NCBI GenBank assembly: GCA_030704615.1
Contig: CM060731.1
Span: 5,518,001-5,582,000 of the forward strand
Source: Takakia lepidozioides
Lineage: Eukaryota > Plantae > Bryophyta
Length of the DNA stretch: 64,000 bases
Direction of reading: 5' to 3'
The stretch's first letter is position 1. Each line of letters begins with the position of its first letter. The position numbers were made by a program, and so were the translations under genes. Of the stretch, positions 1 through 13,590 are shown piece by piece. The notes beneath the pieces were generated by a model. That model was not told the DNA's origin. It was given only the letters and a program-made list of their open reading frames with translations, and made no database searches.

Positions 1-3000
1 TCCCCAACATATCCCCCTGGCTATCCCCTTCTCTCGAGCAACACAGGGAGCCGCGCCACCCTCATATTCATGACCTTCATAGCTACGGCATCGCCAACAG
101 AAGCTCCGCAGGCCTGTTACCCCAACATCTATCACGGGCGCCGCCACCTCTCCTGGACAGCCAGCATCCCAACGAGCTTACGTCAAGACAGCATATGATA
201 GCCCAATGGGCGGAATACTGTCAAATTCCCAGCACTCTCTGGATCCATAGATTGCTTCAACAAATTGGGCACCTCCTCCCAGGTGCCCTCTGGCCCATTG
301 TCACGCATAAATGCGTCAACAAAGGCAACCCGTTGCAACATGCACCACTCGGGCTCTCTGTTGTCTACTCTTTTCTACAAGCCATCGAAGCCCTGACTAG
401 AACTCCCATTGCTGTGATACGACACCAGACAAAATGGGAACCCGCCTATGCAAATCATCTATCACTCCGGGGCTATGCAGTCTCACCTGATTTGGAGCAG
501 GCCTATCCCGGTACCAACACTTCTAACTCCCCTTCAACGAGATCTATTTGTTGGCTGACAACACCCGCAGTGGGGAGTAGCAACATCAGCATGAGGTGCG
601 GTCTCAGGGGCAGAGCTGCTTTGCTCGGTGGCAAAGTTCTTAGTCAGCTCTCCAAAGCTCGTTGGTATGATGTTATCCCCTCTTCAGGTGCACCAAGCCA
701 TGAACAGGTCATTGACAATATGTATTTTTCCGAGGGTGGAAGGCTTGGCACTTCTAGATGAGTATGTATGCTGGCGTGCAGGGAATGCAGCTAAGAGCAT
801 CGGGGAGGGGGATTGATTGGGTCCACATCCTATCCCAACATCCTCACATTACAACCTCCTTCTTCACCTCTAGCTGTCATCATATGGTCTATACTTCCCA
901 TGGAATCTCCCACTACCTCTCCAATTCTACAGTCTGTTGGCAGATAACCACACCACCGCCACACAGTTCTCTCAAATTCGGGCTGTTGCAGCCCGCTGCC
1001 GTATACCATTCTCCTCCCCTCACAACGTAGCTGCTCCAGCCTTTTCTTTCCTGGCATGACACACCATCACAACTGCCTTAGTCCGTCGAACTCTACCAAA
1101 CTACCCTCACATTATGCAACGTTGCTCTCTTCCTCCTCCACATGTTAAAATCAACTACTTCACAATCCTCCTCTCCACTTTTACTCGACAGTCCCATTCA
1201 ATTATCTGACTGGGCACTAATCACAATCCCAAACAGTAGCCAACTCCCCATTCATCACCACTCTCTCACACATGCTAACCCCACAGGCTTAAACATCACC
1301 CTCATCAAACTAGAGCCGTTATTCAGCACCCTTGTTAATGCAGCTCTCCGCCACATTACATCTAAACCCAAAACCAGCATGCGTAGCCCCCACCACTCCA
1401 TCAGGTGTCATTACTTCCTCAAACCAGATTTACTAGCGCTATCCATTAACCAGCCAATCCACCTCCTCGTACAACTATCGTTGCCCCTGCCAAGCTCTGC
1501 TAACGGTGCCCGTCTCCCACCCTGCACATGGCGCAAGCCTCATAATCATCTTCCACCAGGCCAATCCATTACAACCGCCGCCAGGCAGTAATCTGCTAGC
1601 AGCCATACTTACTCTCCTCCACCGCTCAAGCTGGCCCTACAACAAAAGCCACCCTCCCAACACCACTAACTATCCACAAATGCTAATCGCCTGTCTACAT
1701 GACACCCACATCAACACTCATCCTATAAAATGCAATACGGACAGTCCCAAACACCTCTCTTCTGCTTGCACCGCTGCCATCACCCACTATATAGCTATTC
1801 TTTCCCCTCCCCCCCCTCTGTGGGCGTGGTGACGCATGTCTTTGTCAAGTTCTAAGTCTAGTAGCATACAAAAAAGAGCAAGTTGCATCCGCAAACAGAG
1901 TCGATCCATAGAGAAGTCGTCGCTTAGCAAGAGGCCTGCTACCATCTCCCTCTTAGTTCAAAAACTTTCTGTCAACATGGATCACCACCAGGTTCGTGCG
2001 ATCTCGACGGCTCTCGCTGAGGAAGACGCCGACATCAATGACATGCATCTATCTGACGAGGAGTTCTTTGCGAATGACCAAGCGTACCAAATTCGCTCTA
2101 CACAGCATAAGGAATCCACCCCCAACGGTCATGCACCATCTCACCAAGGCTCGAAGCTACCTGGGCCTACAGGGCCCACCAATCCCCAGCGGACTCTCAA
2201 GCCAGCACAGCTCACATCACCAGCGGGGCTGGAGGCAGCTAGCCCGGGCCTCAAACGCCCCTCTAGTGCATCCAACAAACGCCCCTCTAGTGCATTCAAT
2301 AGTACGGCAAGGAGCTCGCACTCCGATTCCAAAAAGTCAAGGGGCCACGACTTGCACGATTCATCCCCTCAACTGGCAATCTCTAGTGCCCCAACTTCTC
2401 CACGGCTTTGGATGGGATACCTTGCACTCGAGAAGCACGCACTTGACAGTGGGCTGCCCTACGTTGAGGAGATGCGTCCAACGACAAAACTCCGTAAGCT
2501 TGGTCTTCAAGACTCAGAAATTCACGACTTAAGGTACTGCTACAAAGCATTCCCCCATGTTCCCCAGCTCTATTTTCCTACTACTAGATTGGACAGGAAG
2601 GAGGGACAACTCTACCCACTCACTCAGTTACCAAAGGGCACCCCGGTTGACCCAGATTCTGGATTATCCGCCACACCTCACCACATCATGATTCGATTTG
2701 ATAGCGACACCGATATGCCCAAGGAGCAGGCTTTGTACCGTGCAAAAAAGAGGTTCGATGACATGAACATCCCCTTGGGTAAGGTCCTCTATGCACCAAT
2801 CACTGCCTTCACCAAGCACGGTAGCAAACGGTGGTTAGGCCTACTAAAAGTGGAATTACTGAACCCTGCCATGATGGTATTGCTGGCAACCGAGCCTTTG
2901 TTATGGAAATGGCTTTTGGGATACCTATGCAAGGGAAAGTAGAGAAGGCATTTGAGCTTAACGCCTCCACCGAATACCTTTCGTTGTATCTGTCTAGTGA

Positions 3001-3733
3001 AGTCTTACAGGGCACCGTCGACCATAAACTCGCAATGCACTTCATCATGGAAACATTCCTGCATGGCGACGAGTTTGAGATTATGTACGTCCAAAAATCA
3101 AGGCCTGATACTAAGTTTTGTTTTATCTACCTGGCTTCCGCGGACTCTAAGAAAAGGATGTTGTCACAAGGAGTCAGAATCGAACACACTCTCTTAAAAC
3201 CGCAGCTCCGCTCCCGCCGTACCAATGTGACTGGCCTCACCGCAACACCGCAGGAAGTCGTAGCGGAACGTGATATACTCACATTGGTAGTCAAGAACCT
3301 TAACCAGCTGCACACTCAAGCTGCGACAGAAGATGCTCTCAGAGGTTTCTTCGGCAAAGACAACCTTGCACAAATCTACTTCAGCGGAGTAGCCCCGACA
3401 GAGAAGTTCAAGCACTTAGGCATGGCACTCCTCACTTGTAAGAACCCCAGCATCTATGCTCCGTGGTGCCACAAACCGCATATCCTCATCATCGACAAAT
3501 ACGTCAACTTCGAACCACACACTCACAACCTGAACGGTTCTACCCCCCCCAGCTAACGACATTCTGAAGCGTCTCTATGTGGCCAACATAAATCAAGCTT
3601 TGGCTGACACAATTAACTCTCTCAACATCCAGACCGACTCTGGATCGGCTGCAGGGCTTGCCTCTATGATGAGTGAAATCGACAGGAAACTGGCGTACCA
3701 TGCCATTTCAATCAAGACGGATATACGGGGTGA

Positions 3734-6561
3734 TGTAGTGTGAAAAGAAGGGGGCATATATCCCCTTCTGTCTAATTCTAATCTAGTTCTTAGTGCAAGG
3801 TCTTGTTGTTATCCTGGTTCTCTCACACAGGTTGGCTATATCCAGGCTGTTTATGATCAAGGTTCATAAAGCCCTCATCCACGCCGCAGCGGAAGAGAGG
3901 ACATGGATGGGACAAGTGAAGGTGTTTCCTGCATAGTGCAACAGGCCTGACTAGGGTTCTGTCTTGCACCAGCTTAGTCCTCATGCTGATATGGTCACTC
4001 AAACAGCTTACCAGAGGGTTAATGACATCCTATGAGTTCACCATTTGCATGTAGCATCTACATTGAACCCCCTTTGTTGTCATGCAATCACCAAAAATGC
4101 AAGGCAACATGGATCTACCATACAGAGCAGGTCTGATATTTCTATGCAACTCATGGTGTTTCCTTTATCTCTCAACTGGCCCTCCCTTCATCATTCTTTT
4201 GCTAAACGGATCTCTCTTCTTCCCAGTGTTTTCTCTCCCTTTCTGATGCAAGTGCCTATATTAGACCGGACAGCCCCTCTTCATGCAATGCAGATATACC
4301 AAGGCACACATCCAGTGGAGACCTTTCGCAAAAATCCTCCTTGGAATCATAAGTACACACCACATTCTCTCTTAGCTTTTCTCTCCTCCCAAACAGAATC
4401 TCTCCTCATTCTCATACCCTAATGCTGACAGTTACAAACCCTCTCCCTCATTTCTATCTTGTAGCAAGTGCACCGATTCCCTTGGTGAATCTCTCTATAC
4501 TGTTCATTTTGCAGATTTGTTTAACTCTAAACACTGATGCACAGTTTGCTCCAGATTCAGTGTACTGAATCATAAAATCAAAAGCAGGACAAACACTATA
4601 TATGCATTGATTGTAGATGGGTTGCATCTGCCTTCTATCACCATTCCCCAAAGACATGCATCATCTCTCATCCTCTCTACACCATTCTGGTTTGAAGCCC
4701 AAGCCACCACTCCATTCCATTTTTCAAAACGTTCTCATACTCTCTCCACTAACTCCAGAGCCTTCAATCATTTCAGCGACATCTATCTCAGTAAAAAAAA
4801 AACCCCCCATGTCTCTATTAACTTAGCTGTCTTATACTCCAGCTGAAGCGGTGGGATTACCTGTCCGAAATGGCACCTCACCATTTCTGTCAGCAACTAC
4901 CCTAACTCATCTTGTCGTTTGAATGCCACGTTGTAAAAACAAAGATCTATGCATGTCAGATCCTGTCATCGCTCTGCCACCCCACCTTTCAGATATTCGT
5001 CGATTCAAGCGTTCAGAGAGTCATAACGGCTCTGTTTCAGCCCATGGTAGTAACCCTGTCGCTTGCCAACTAACTACCCTATGGTTCTATATGTACAATT
5101 CTCTCCTAAGCATTGATATGGTCCTATAGCAAGAAGACAGAAAGCAGCTAGTTTTAATTACAGATAACCTGATTCGCCATCTGTTTTCCCTATGTCTCAT
5201 TGAATGCAGGTTCATTTCTTGGAGACCCGCTCCCTATCTGATTTTTCATGTTATCAGTTCTGGCCACAAATCATGTAGTTTCTCATCCACTTTCTGATAC
5301 TGTGCCTGCATTGTTTTGTAGGTATATCAAGAACGTTCTGATTCCTGGGAACAACCTAAGCAAGTACCCAGGCTTCATCGACTTGTGGGCTGACTCCTCC
5401 AACAGCCACACCATGTACACTGCAGCAATCCTCAGGGATTACGGTACATATCACCTCAAAGACTGCTGCTGGTATCTCGACATACCAAAATCAGATTGCC
5501 CATGGTATGAGTTGCAGACATGGAACCAGAACGACAATGCCGAGTCCTTGGCTCCTCTAACAGACAGGGAACTGCATGACAGAAACCTACGAAACCTCGC
5601 TGAGAAGGAACCTGCAGCCACACACACTCCGGCGAGAGGGAAGGGGAAGGGAAATGGCACAAAGGACAAAGGGAAGGAGAAGAGCGCCCAAGGGGATGCT
5701 GCAGTAGGTGTTGGTTCCCAAACCCCAATTGCAACCAAGGATCGCAAACGCAAGGGGAAGTTTGAGCCATACGACGCAGTGGAACACCCATCCCGAATCA
5801 ACCGAGAATGCAGATGCGAGCTTGTAAACGACTCATTCCTTGCCATGATGGAGACTAGGAAAGGTGGTTACACTGGAGATCCCTCTCCAACGTGGGTTAA
5901 GATGAGTGCTTTTCTTGAGTCGGTAAGCAAATCTCTCATCTTCACTGATGTAAAATTCCCACCTTTACTGTTGCATATTTCCCATCTTCGATGTGATTTT
6001 CAAATTTGGTAGCACTTCACCTGCCCTGGCAGCTGTTGAGCTGCTCCATCTCCTCATTACTGTGCTCATCAAGACAATGGCGGCAGCGGTGGTGCACCGC
6101 TCTCATCACATGCTGAGTCTTCAGATTTGATCATTACTTACGAAGAAGGCGGCACCGCTTCCTCTTGCACAGAATGCCAAGCAAGAGCCCTTAACGTTGC
6201 TCTTTAAAGCAAGCTGATTCCCCTTGCATAGGTGGAACTTTCTCAGACATACTGTGCTGCCAACACCACTGCAGCAGCTGCGAAAAGATGCACGCACTCT
6301 TCCCCTTCGTTTTTCACATCCCGAGTTTCTAGGGTTAAACATCATCGATGAAAATCATTCATCCTAGGGATGAAAAAAGGCGCATGTCATAACTTAGCCA
6401 TATTTTGTCCTGGCAGAGCAATAGCATAGTGTTCCCATGGAATTACCTGTAGACATGGATAACTCCTTCCCCTCATTAGCTCTAAGGCACTCCCTTCGTA
6501 GCAGTGCCGAATCTTGATGCCAAACAAAAATTTGAATATTACCCCTTGCATTCACACTACA
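3734..6561. mobile_element. Non-autonomous element with TGT...ACA imperfect TIRs and 4-bp TSD (Ginger/GingerRoot-like; solo LTR less likely)
   Basis: Left end TGTAGTGTGAAaagAAGGGG; reverse complement of right end TGTAGTGTGAAtgcAAGGGG. TSD GTGA at 3730-3733 and 6562-6565. Excision restores the host ORF frame. Confidence 0.85.
5322..5922 (+). CDS. Probable exon of an unknown protein carried inside the TGT...ACA element
   Basis: Open frame (ORF 5248-6012) bounded by a pyrimidine-rich acceptor ttgttttgtag and a donor gtaagc. Contains a K/G-rich basic stretch. No family recognised. Confidence 0.4.
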
Positions 6562-7350
6562 GTGATCTAGCAGCCATGGAAAAGCGGGTTGCTTCTACCT
6601 TGGCCGCCCAACAGGCGGAACACCATGCGTACTCGGTTTCACTGCAAGAATCAATTACCAAGAATCTAGGGGCCAACCTGGCCCACTTCTACACTCATGC
6701 CAACTTGGTCCTTGAGAAGCTCCCGCTTCCCCGAGCATGACCAATCACCCTGCCGGACAAGTTGACTCTAACAACATACCAACTCCACAAACAGGGAGAT
6801 ACAGGCCTGCAGCCCTCATCGAGCTCCAACACAACGGGCCTCCTAAATTTGACACCACAAGATTTCTTGCAGCCATGCCTACATCTGAACACACCAAACA
6901 GTAGCTGCCTGCCATCCTTCACACTGCCAATGACCAGGCCCTGGCCACCATCACCGTGATCGACAATACGACCGATGCGTAAAACACCACTGTGGCCCCC
7001 GGGCTACACAAGTGACCGTTGGGAGCTCTCTAGATTCTTCCCTCACACCCAACTGTCCTCCCCTCTGGCTATCTACCTACTTCTCTTTTCTCTTTGCAAG
7101 CTGCGGCTTGACTGCAACCACCCCTGTGTTATTGCAATATCACGATGCATCCTACGCTTCCAAGCGCCTCTCTCAGTGTTTGCATTTCTCTCACCAACAG
7201 CTAAGCTCACACCCCATGCGCCTGCACTATTCAGGCACTACTCATCTCTTTTACAAACCGTTAGCACCAGCCGCTGTCCCTCAAACCAACTGCTCATACG
7301 GCTCACCGCTGGGATACTGGCTATTTACACCATTCCCACACCTGTACCAA

Positions 7351-8270
7351 TACTAATAGACTGATTAACATACACATACATGACCCTCCCAGCCCACATT
7401 TCTCCACATACCCCTCACATATAACTAGTATAGGCTTGCAAGCCTCTGAATCCCCCTCATTATCCTGGGCTTCTCACCTTACCCACCTGCTTTACATGGG
7501 TACAATAGCACCTGTATTATTACCCACTCCACATTTCATCCCCATAGCCATGCTCATCCATAGGCAGCCCCGTGGCCACACCTTGGCCATGTCTAACCTC
7601 CGCTTCATCCCCGCACTAATGCCCACACCCACCGATACCCATCGGCGGATGCTATCCCAACTACCCCAATCTGCAGTTATTTATCTACGGTGGCCACCAC
7701 AACCACCCCAATCTACATATATTCATCCGCGCCCGCCCCCACACCCATGCACATCCAATAATCCCTCTCATACTATCAAATCACGGCCGTATATCTCTAA
7801 TAAACCTGCCGCCCGCCGACTGTGCGGAGACGTTCATCCAGTCAGCCGGACACTCACCCAGCCGGCCAGTCAGCTATCCATCCACCCTACTAACAGACTG
7901 ATCAACACACACATATATACCCCCCCCTAGCCCATATTTTTCCCCACACCCCTCATATATGACCAGTACAGGCTCGCAAGCCCTCAAATCACCATCATTA
8001 TCCTGGGCACACCTCACCCCCCTGCTCTACATGGCAACAATAACCCCTTTATTATTCCCCACTCCACATGTCATCCCCATAGACACGCTCATACCCAGGC
8101 AGCCCCGTGACCATATCCTGGCCATATCTACCCGCCACTTCATCCCCGCACTAATACCCATCCATGGCTACTATTCCAGCTACCCCAATCTACAATTATT
8201 CATCTGCGGTTGCCATCCCATCTACCCCAATCTACATATCTTCACCCACAGCTGCCATCCCTTCTACCCC
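7351..8270 (+). repeat. Diverged C-rich direct repeat, units starting 7351 and 7888 (duplicate near 53315-54235)
   Basis: tactaatagactgattaacatacaca vs tactaacagactgatcaacacacaca; collinear similarity continues for ~380 bp. Confidence 0.75.
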
Positions 8271-8297
8271 CACCTACTTCTAAAAAATGGTCTCTAT

Positions 8298-8446
8298 CAC
8301 TACAGGAAAGGGGGGCCTTTGCGACGCCCGCGCCACGCCGCAGCGTCGGGAAAACGCCCTTTTCGGGCACGTGGGAGCCGTAGAATTTGCGACGCCCGGC
8401 CGTCGCCAAAATTACGTCACAAAAAATGCGACGTATGGGGGTCGCG
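8298..8446 (+). mobile_element. CACTA (En/Spm) transposon terminus with subterminal repeats
   Basis: Begins CACTACAGGAAAG. Followed by direct and inverted TGCGACG/CGTCG motifs typical of CACTA subterminal regions. Confidence 0.7.
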
Positions 8447-11400
8447 ACACACCAGCATGGTGAATGCCCCTCTAGTAGACCCACACAACATGCACCTCAA
8501 ACTTGCAGGTACCACTGCCAGGTTTGGGTCAACCCTTCCATCAACATTTGGAAGGTGACATGGCGCGCAATTACGCACATGGTCCTTCCAAATCATGCCA
8601 TCCCAACCCTCCAAGATCAAGACTCCTGAGGGCAACACCTCTCGAACCCTCAAAATAGTACGTCCTGCAGTCACATCCAAGGTCGTATGAGCAGTCTGCT
8701 GCAGATAAACATAGTCACCAGGGTTGAATCTCCGAACCCCAGGACGATAGCCCCCACCACGTATGGTAGCATACCTCAACGTATCACGATGTTGTGCAAT
8801 GGCAAGGTTCTCGAAAGCCATGGGCATGACTTTCTTGAACAACTCTGCACGCTGCTCACATGCACGTGCCCACACGTCCGGATCGTCAAGGTTAAGAATT
8901 GTAGCAACTTCTCTGCGAATAGATGTAGGCAAATCCGGCTCTCGGCCAAAGAGAAAAAAGTATGGTGAGAAGGAGGCAAGTGATGCTTGCTTGCTGAACC
9001 TGTAGCCCATGGCTAACCAGGGTAACTGAAGGTCCCAATCTCCTAGGTGTCCCTTCTGCAAGCCATACTTGCGCAAACCCTCTTTACTGTCTGAACAACT
9101 CTCTGCGCCAAGCCATCGGCCTCAGGATGATCCCGAGAAGTGGTGCGGTGGTCTATCAAGGCCTTGTAACACAAAGCCTGAAACTCCCCCAAGAACTCTC
9201 TCCCTTGGTCCGTGAGTACCTCAGCTGGAGCACCGAATCGGCTAAGCACACAATCCAAGAATGCATACGCAGCTCCCTCACTAGCCTTATCAGGCAATGG
9301 AACCAATTCAATCAACTTGGAGAAGTGCTCCACCATCACCAACACGTACTTGTTATGGCGCATGGTCAGTGGCAACGGCCCTGCGAAGTCAAGACTCCAC
9401 CTGTAGCCCAATCCCATTATCAGAAGAGGGTGCAATTGTGGAGTAGGGGCGTTGAATGAAGCACGCACCCTGTCACACACCATGCACCTAGCCACAAATT
9501 GTTGCACCTCTGTGTGCATACCACGCCACCAATACTGCCCCTGCAGTAGACTATGAGTGCGTCGCACCCCAAAATGCCCCAACTCCTCATGGGCATGCCG
9601 CACTAACCGTGCCCGCTGTGTTGGGTGAGGCACAATCCTCACTCGACCATCCTCCCACACTCGGAGCAGGTGTGTCCCCTCCCACTTGAACCTCTTGGCT
9701 CGTTGTAGGATCCGATCCCTCTCCTTGGCAGTCACAGTGGCTGTAGTGTCTCCAGTGCGGAGGTAGTCCAACACAACTGAATCCTCATGTATATCTTTGG
9801 CGCCACCTTGCTCATTGCTGGCCTCAGGGTCCTCAGACACTTGATCTACAATCATCCCTGTTGCAGATCCAACCTGGCCTTCCGCTGCCAAGATACACCG
9901 AAATGCAGATGCATGCCATCCGGGCACCATCTTCTCGTCCGTCTCACCATGCCACCAAGTTCCAGTGTCATCCTGCTGGCTCGTGCATGGATTGCGACTC
10001 AACCCATCTACATTGCGATTGACCAAACCCGGTCGATGCACCACCTGAAAGTCATACTCTTGAAGGATGAGTGCCCACCGTGCAAGCTTCCCCGTAAGCT
10101 TGTCTGACTCCATCAACCACTTGAGTGGTTGGTGATCCGTGACAAGGGTGAAGAGATTGCCGTATAGATAGCACCTGAAGTGTGCCACGGCCCACACCGC
10201 AGCTAAGCATTCTCCCTCATATGAGCTATACTTAGACTCTGCAACGTTGTTCGAGCGGCTAGCATAAGCCACTACGAACTCTCTTCCCTCATCATCCACC
10301 TGTGTGAGCACCGCTCCAAGCCCCAGCATGCTCCAATCTGTATGCAGCTGAAAAGGACGCCCCCTGATAGGTCGTCTCAAGATGGGCGCCGAGGTCAACC
10401 TCGCCTTGAGCTCTTGAAAAACTTGTTCTTGCTCATCTTCCCACTGCCACTCCTGGTCCACCTTGGTCAGCTTGGTTAGAGCCTTTGCAATGGCACTAAA
10501 TCCCTTAACAAACCGTCTATAATAGTTTGCTAACCCCATGAAAGCTCGAACTCGGCTTACATCCGTGGGGCGTGGAACTTGTGCAATGGTCTCTACCTTA
10601 GTCTGCTATACCCCCAATCCTCCAGGATATATCATGTGACGCAGATACTCAATCTGGTTGTGGAAAAACTTGCACTTTCCCGGATGTAACTTCAATCCGT
10701 GCGCCCTCAAGCGCTCAAATACCCCCTGAAGGTGTCTCTCATGCTCTTCCACCGTAGCACTAAAGATGATGATCATCTATGTAGCACCGAGCAAACTCCA
10801 CCCCTGCTAGAATCCTGTCCATGACTCTCTGAAACTCTGCCGGAGCGTTCTTAAGCCCAAATAGTAAGAACCGCCACTGGTATAGGCAATCCTTCCCGTG
10901 CTCATTGATCCCCTAGAATGCCGTCTTTTGCTTATCCGCCTCCTTGATCGGCAACTGGTGATATCCGGATCATAAATCCAACGTACTAAAGACCTTGGCA
11001 TGCCCAATGGCATCAAAGATCTCCTCTGGTGTTGGCATGGCATACCTATCGGACTTGGTCTGACGATTTACAGGCCGGTAATCACCGCACATACGTCTCT
11101 CCGTCGAATTGCCAAAGACATCCTTCTTGGCTGACATCACTGTGGCTGAAGCATACTCTCCCCCAGATAGCTCCACCAAACCAGCCTCCCAAAGGTCGTG
11201 AGTTCTCATCTGAATCAAGGACCTCTCCATGTCACTGTATCTATAGGGTCTTCGAAAGATTGGCGTGTCAGTAGCCAATTCAATGCGAATCTCTTGACCC
11301 GTCAGTGCTCCTAAGTCATTCAAACTGAAGGCAAAGCAGTTCCTGTAAGCCCTCAAGAACCGCCGTATACGTCGTCTCTCTCCTCCGGTGACTATAGGTC

Positions 11401-13090
11401 CAACATCAGGCTCCCAATTGTCCTCCGTGACTGCAACCTTGAGTCCAGCAGGCTTAGAGGTAGAAGACGCGTCCCGTGGTTGCTATGCTGCAACCTCTTG
11501 AGCAGTGACCACTGCCTCCTCTGTCAGTGACAATGTCTCATCCTGCCCCATCATCCCATCCTTGAGGATCTCCTCAATCCGAGAAAAATCCCCAACCTGA
11601 TCCATCACTGCCGCCTTGGCTGCCAACTCCTTCTAAATCTCGAGCACCTCCCACGTGTGCCATGGATGCGGCCTGCACCTCGTGGTCCTCACCTACTCGC
11701 CCCCACTTGCTGCCTGTACCGTCTCGGTAGGCAGGGAGACCATGAAGGGAAGTGTACTCCGTACTCTGCGCTACTCAGCCATAGCCAAGCTGATAATCCA
11801 GGTCAAGCAATTGAGATCCATTGCTTGCCCCAACACCTGACGACGTGATGCCTCAGAAAGAGATGGCACCGCCGTGGTACCTGTGGTAAAACCCATCGCC
11901 CCGCTCGCGCTCGTCAGCATTGGGCTCCACTAATGCTGCTCGTGGTTGACCCACCCTGTTGACCACTGCCAAAGGCAAACGGTCATCGTGTCTCACACGT
12001 TGAGACTGCCTCCCTGTGTCCAAAATGCTATCCACTGTGAGGTGTGCTGGCCGCTGCACCCCATCAAATGCACGCTTGAGCAGTGCGGGTGGCATCAAGT
12101 TAGTCCACCATAGTTGTGGACGATGAGCCCATGACCCCACTGCAGCTGCATCCAGCAACACTGCTGACCCAAGCCATGACCGGACTTGATGCACACTGGC
12201 CATCACCCTGGCCCAAGAATCACCCATTAGTGGCACATTCTCCAAGATGTATGCTGGAGATACAGCTTGATGAAGTTGCAAGTGGCGCAAAATCCGCACC
12301 ATCTCCCAAAACAGACCCGTCCTCGAGTCTCGCAATCCATTGCTATGCCCGGCTGATGAATGCCCTTTGCAGGGCCAACCTGCCACTACCAGATCAATGG
12401 AGCCAACCTGCTCCAAATCCTGCGCCCCCAGCAACGAAATGTCTGCTGGCAAGGCTTGTTGGTATCCACGAACTGCAGACACTAGCAACAAATCAGGGTA
12501 CTGCTGTACCAACTGAGCAACATGGCGCAGTGAGACGCGTCGTGCAGTCTCATCCCTCTCCACATACAGGTAACGTCGAACTCGTACACCTGCCTGCAGT
12601 ACTGCAGCCAATCCAGTGCTGATCCCGCCAAACAAGTCCAGAAGGCATATGCCTTCATCCGGGCACTGCCACACAAGAGGTGTGGTGTCCAATGGCAACA
12701 ACTGAGGTGGTCCTGGTGCAATCACCGCACTCTCCTCTTCTCCTGACGGTACGAAGGCCTCTACCCAGGCTTGTTGTACCCGTCCATCAGCAGCCTGCTG
12801 CAAATCCTTGCTCGTACCCCATAATGGAGTGTGAGCAACCATGGCACATCCTCTGCATGGGCATTGCCTTCCAGCAACTCTCCAGGCCAACTAACTGTAG
12901 CTGTAAAGGCGGCTAGTGTTGGTATCTTGCCCCGCTGGGCAGCCGCAATACCCCCAATGAATGTCACAGGGAGCTGTGCACGACGACCATCCCCTGACTG
13001 CCATCCAGGCCTATAGGATGCTGACTCCTCCCAAAAGTCCAGGGTGAAGCCCATGGGATATAACACTGCCCCACCAACAATGATATCGTA
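8447..13090 (-). mobile_element. Ty3/gypsy-DNMT element copy A (end of protease region, DNMT, RT, RNase H, integrase, half PHD); degenerate, cut by the gap
   Basis: ORFs 11853-12890 (DNMT), 10970-11356 (RT), 9043-10539 (RNase H and integrase), 8417-9076 (integrase C-terminus). Confidence 0.95.
11795..12650 (-). pseudogene. C5 DNA methyltransferase domain, copy A (28-aa internal deletion relative to B/C)
   Basis: LDLFGGIST (motif I), GWPCKG (IV), ILENV (VI), HRPQLWWTNL (VIII). Confidence 0.9.
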
Positions 13091-13590
13091 NNNNNNNNNN
13101 NNNNNNNNNNNNNNNNNNNNNNNNNNNNNNNNNNNNNNNNNNNNNNNNNNNNNNNNNNNNNNNNNNNNNNNNNNNNNNNNNNNNNNNNNNNNNNNNNNNN
13201 NNNNNNNNNNNNNNNNNNNNNNNNNNNNNNNNNNNNNNNNNNNNNNNNNNNNNNNNNNNNNNNNNNNNNNNNNNNNNNNNNNNNNNNNNNNNNNNNNNNN
13301 NNNNNNNNNNNNNNNNNNNNNNNNNNNNNNNNNNNNNNNNNNNNNNNNNNNNNNNNNNNNNNNNNNNNNNNNNNNNNNNNNNNNNNNNNNNNNNNNNNNN
13401 NNNNNNNNNNNNNNNNNNNNNNNNNNNNNNNNNNNNNNNNNNNNNNNNNNNNNNNNNNNNNNNNNNNNNNNNNNNNNNNNNNNNNNNNNNNNNNNNNNNN
13501 NNNNNNNNNNNNNNNNNNNNNNNNNNNNNNNNNNNNNNNNNNNNNNNNNNNNNNNNNNNNNNNNNNNNNNNNNNNNNNNNNNNNNNNNNN
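13091..13590. other. Scaffold gap (500 N)
   Basis: Run of N. Confidence 1.

Larger units (their letters stand above)
1977..6740 (+). pseudogene. Disrupted ORF with RRM-like and coiled-coil segments (TE ORF1-like nucleic-acid-binding protein), interrupted by a 2828-bp insertion
   Basis: ORFs 1836-2942 and 2831-3556 are linked by frameshifts. RNP-like motifs LVVKNL...LRGFFG...GMALLTC and FCFIYL. Removing 3734-6561 plus one TSD restores the frame (...IKTDIRGD|LAAMEKRVASTLAAQQ...). Confidence 0.55.
1..13090. repeat. Copy 1 of a ~13-kb near-identical direct duplication (copy 2 at 45966-59051)
   Basis: The sequence and ORF track recur with an offset of ~45,960. The differences I saw are small indels, mostly 1 nt and often in homopolymers. 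Copy 1 ends at an N-gap. Confidence 0.97.

Noticed and set aside
2252-2298. 24-bp tandem duplication (KRPSSA twice)
   Set aside because: Ordinary slippage in a low-complexity coding stretch.
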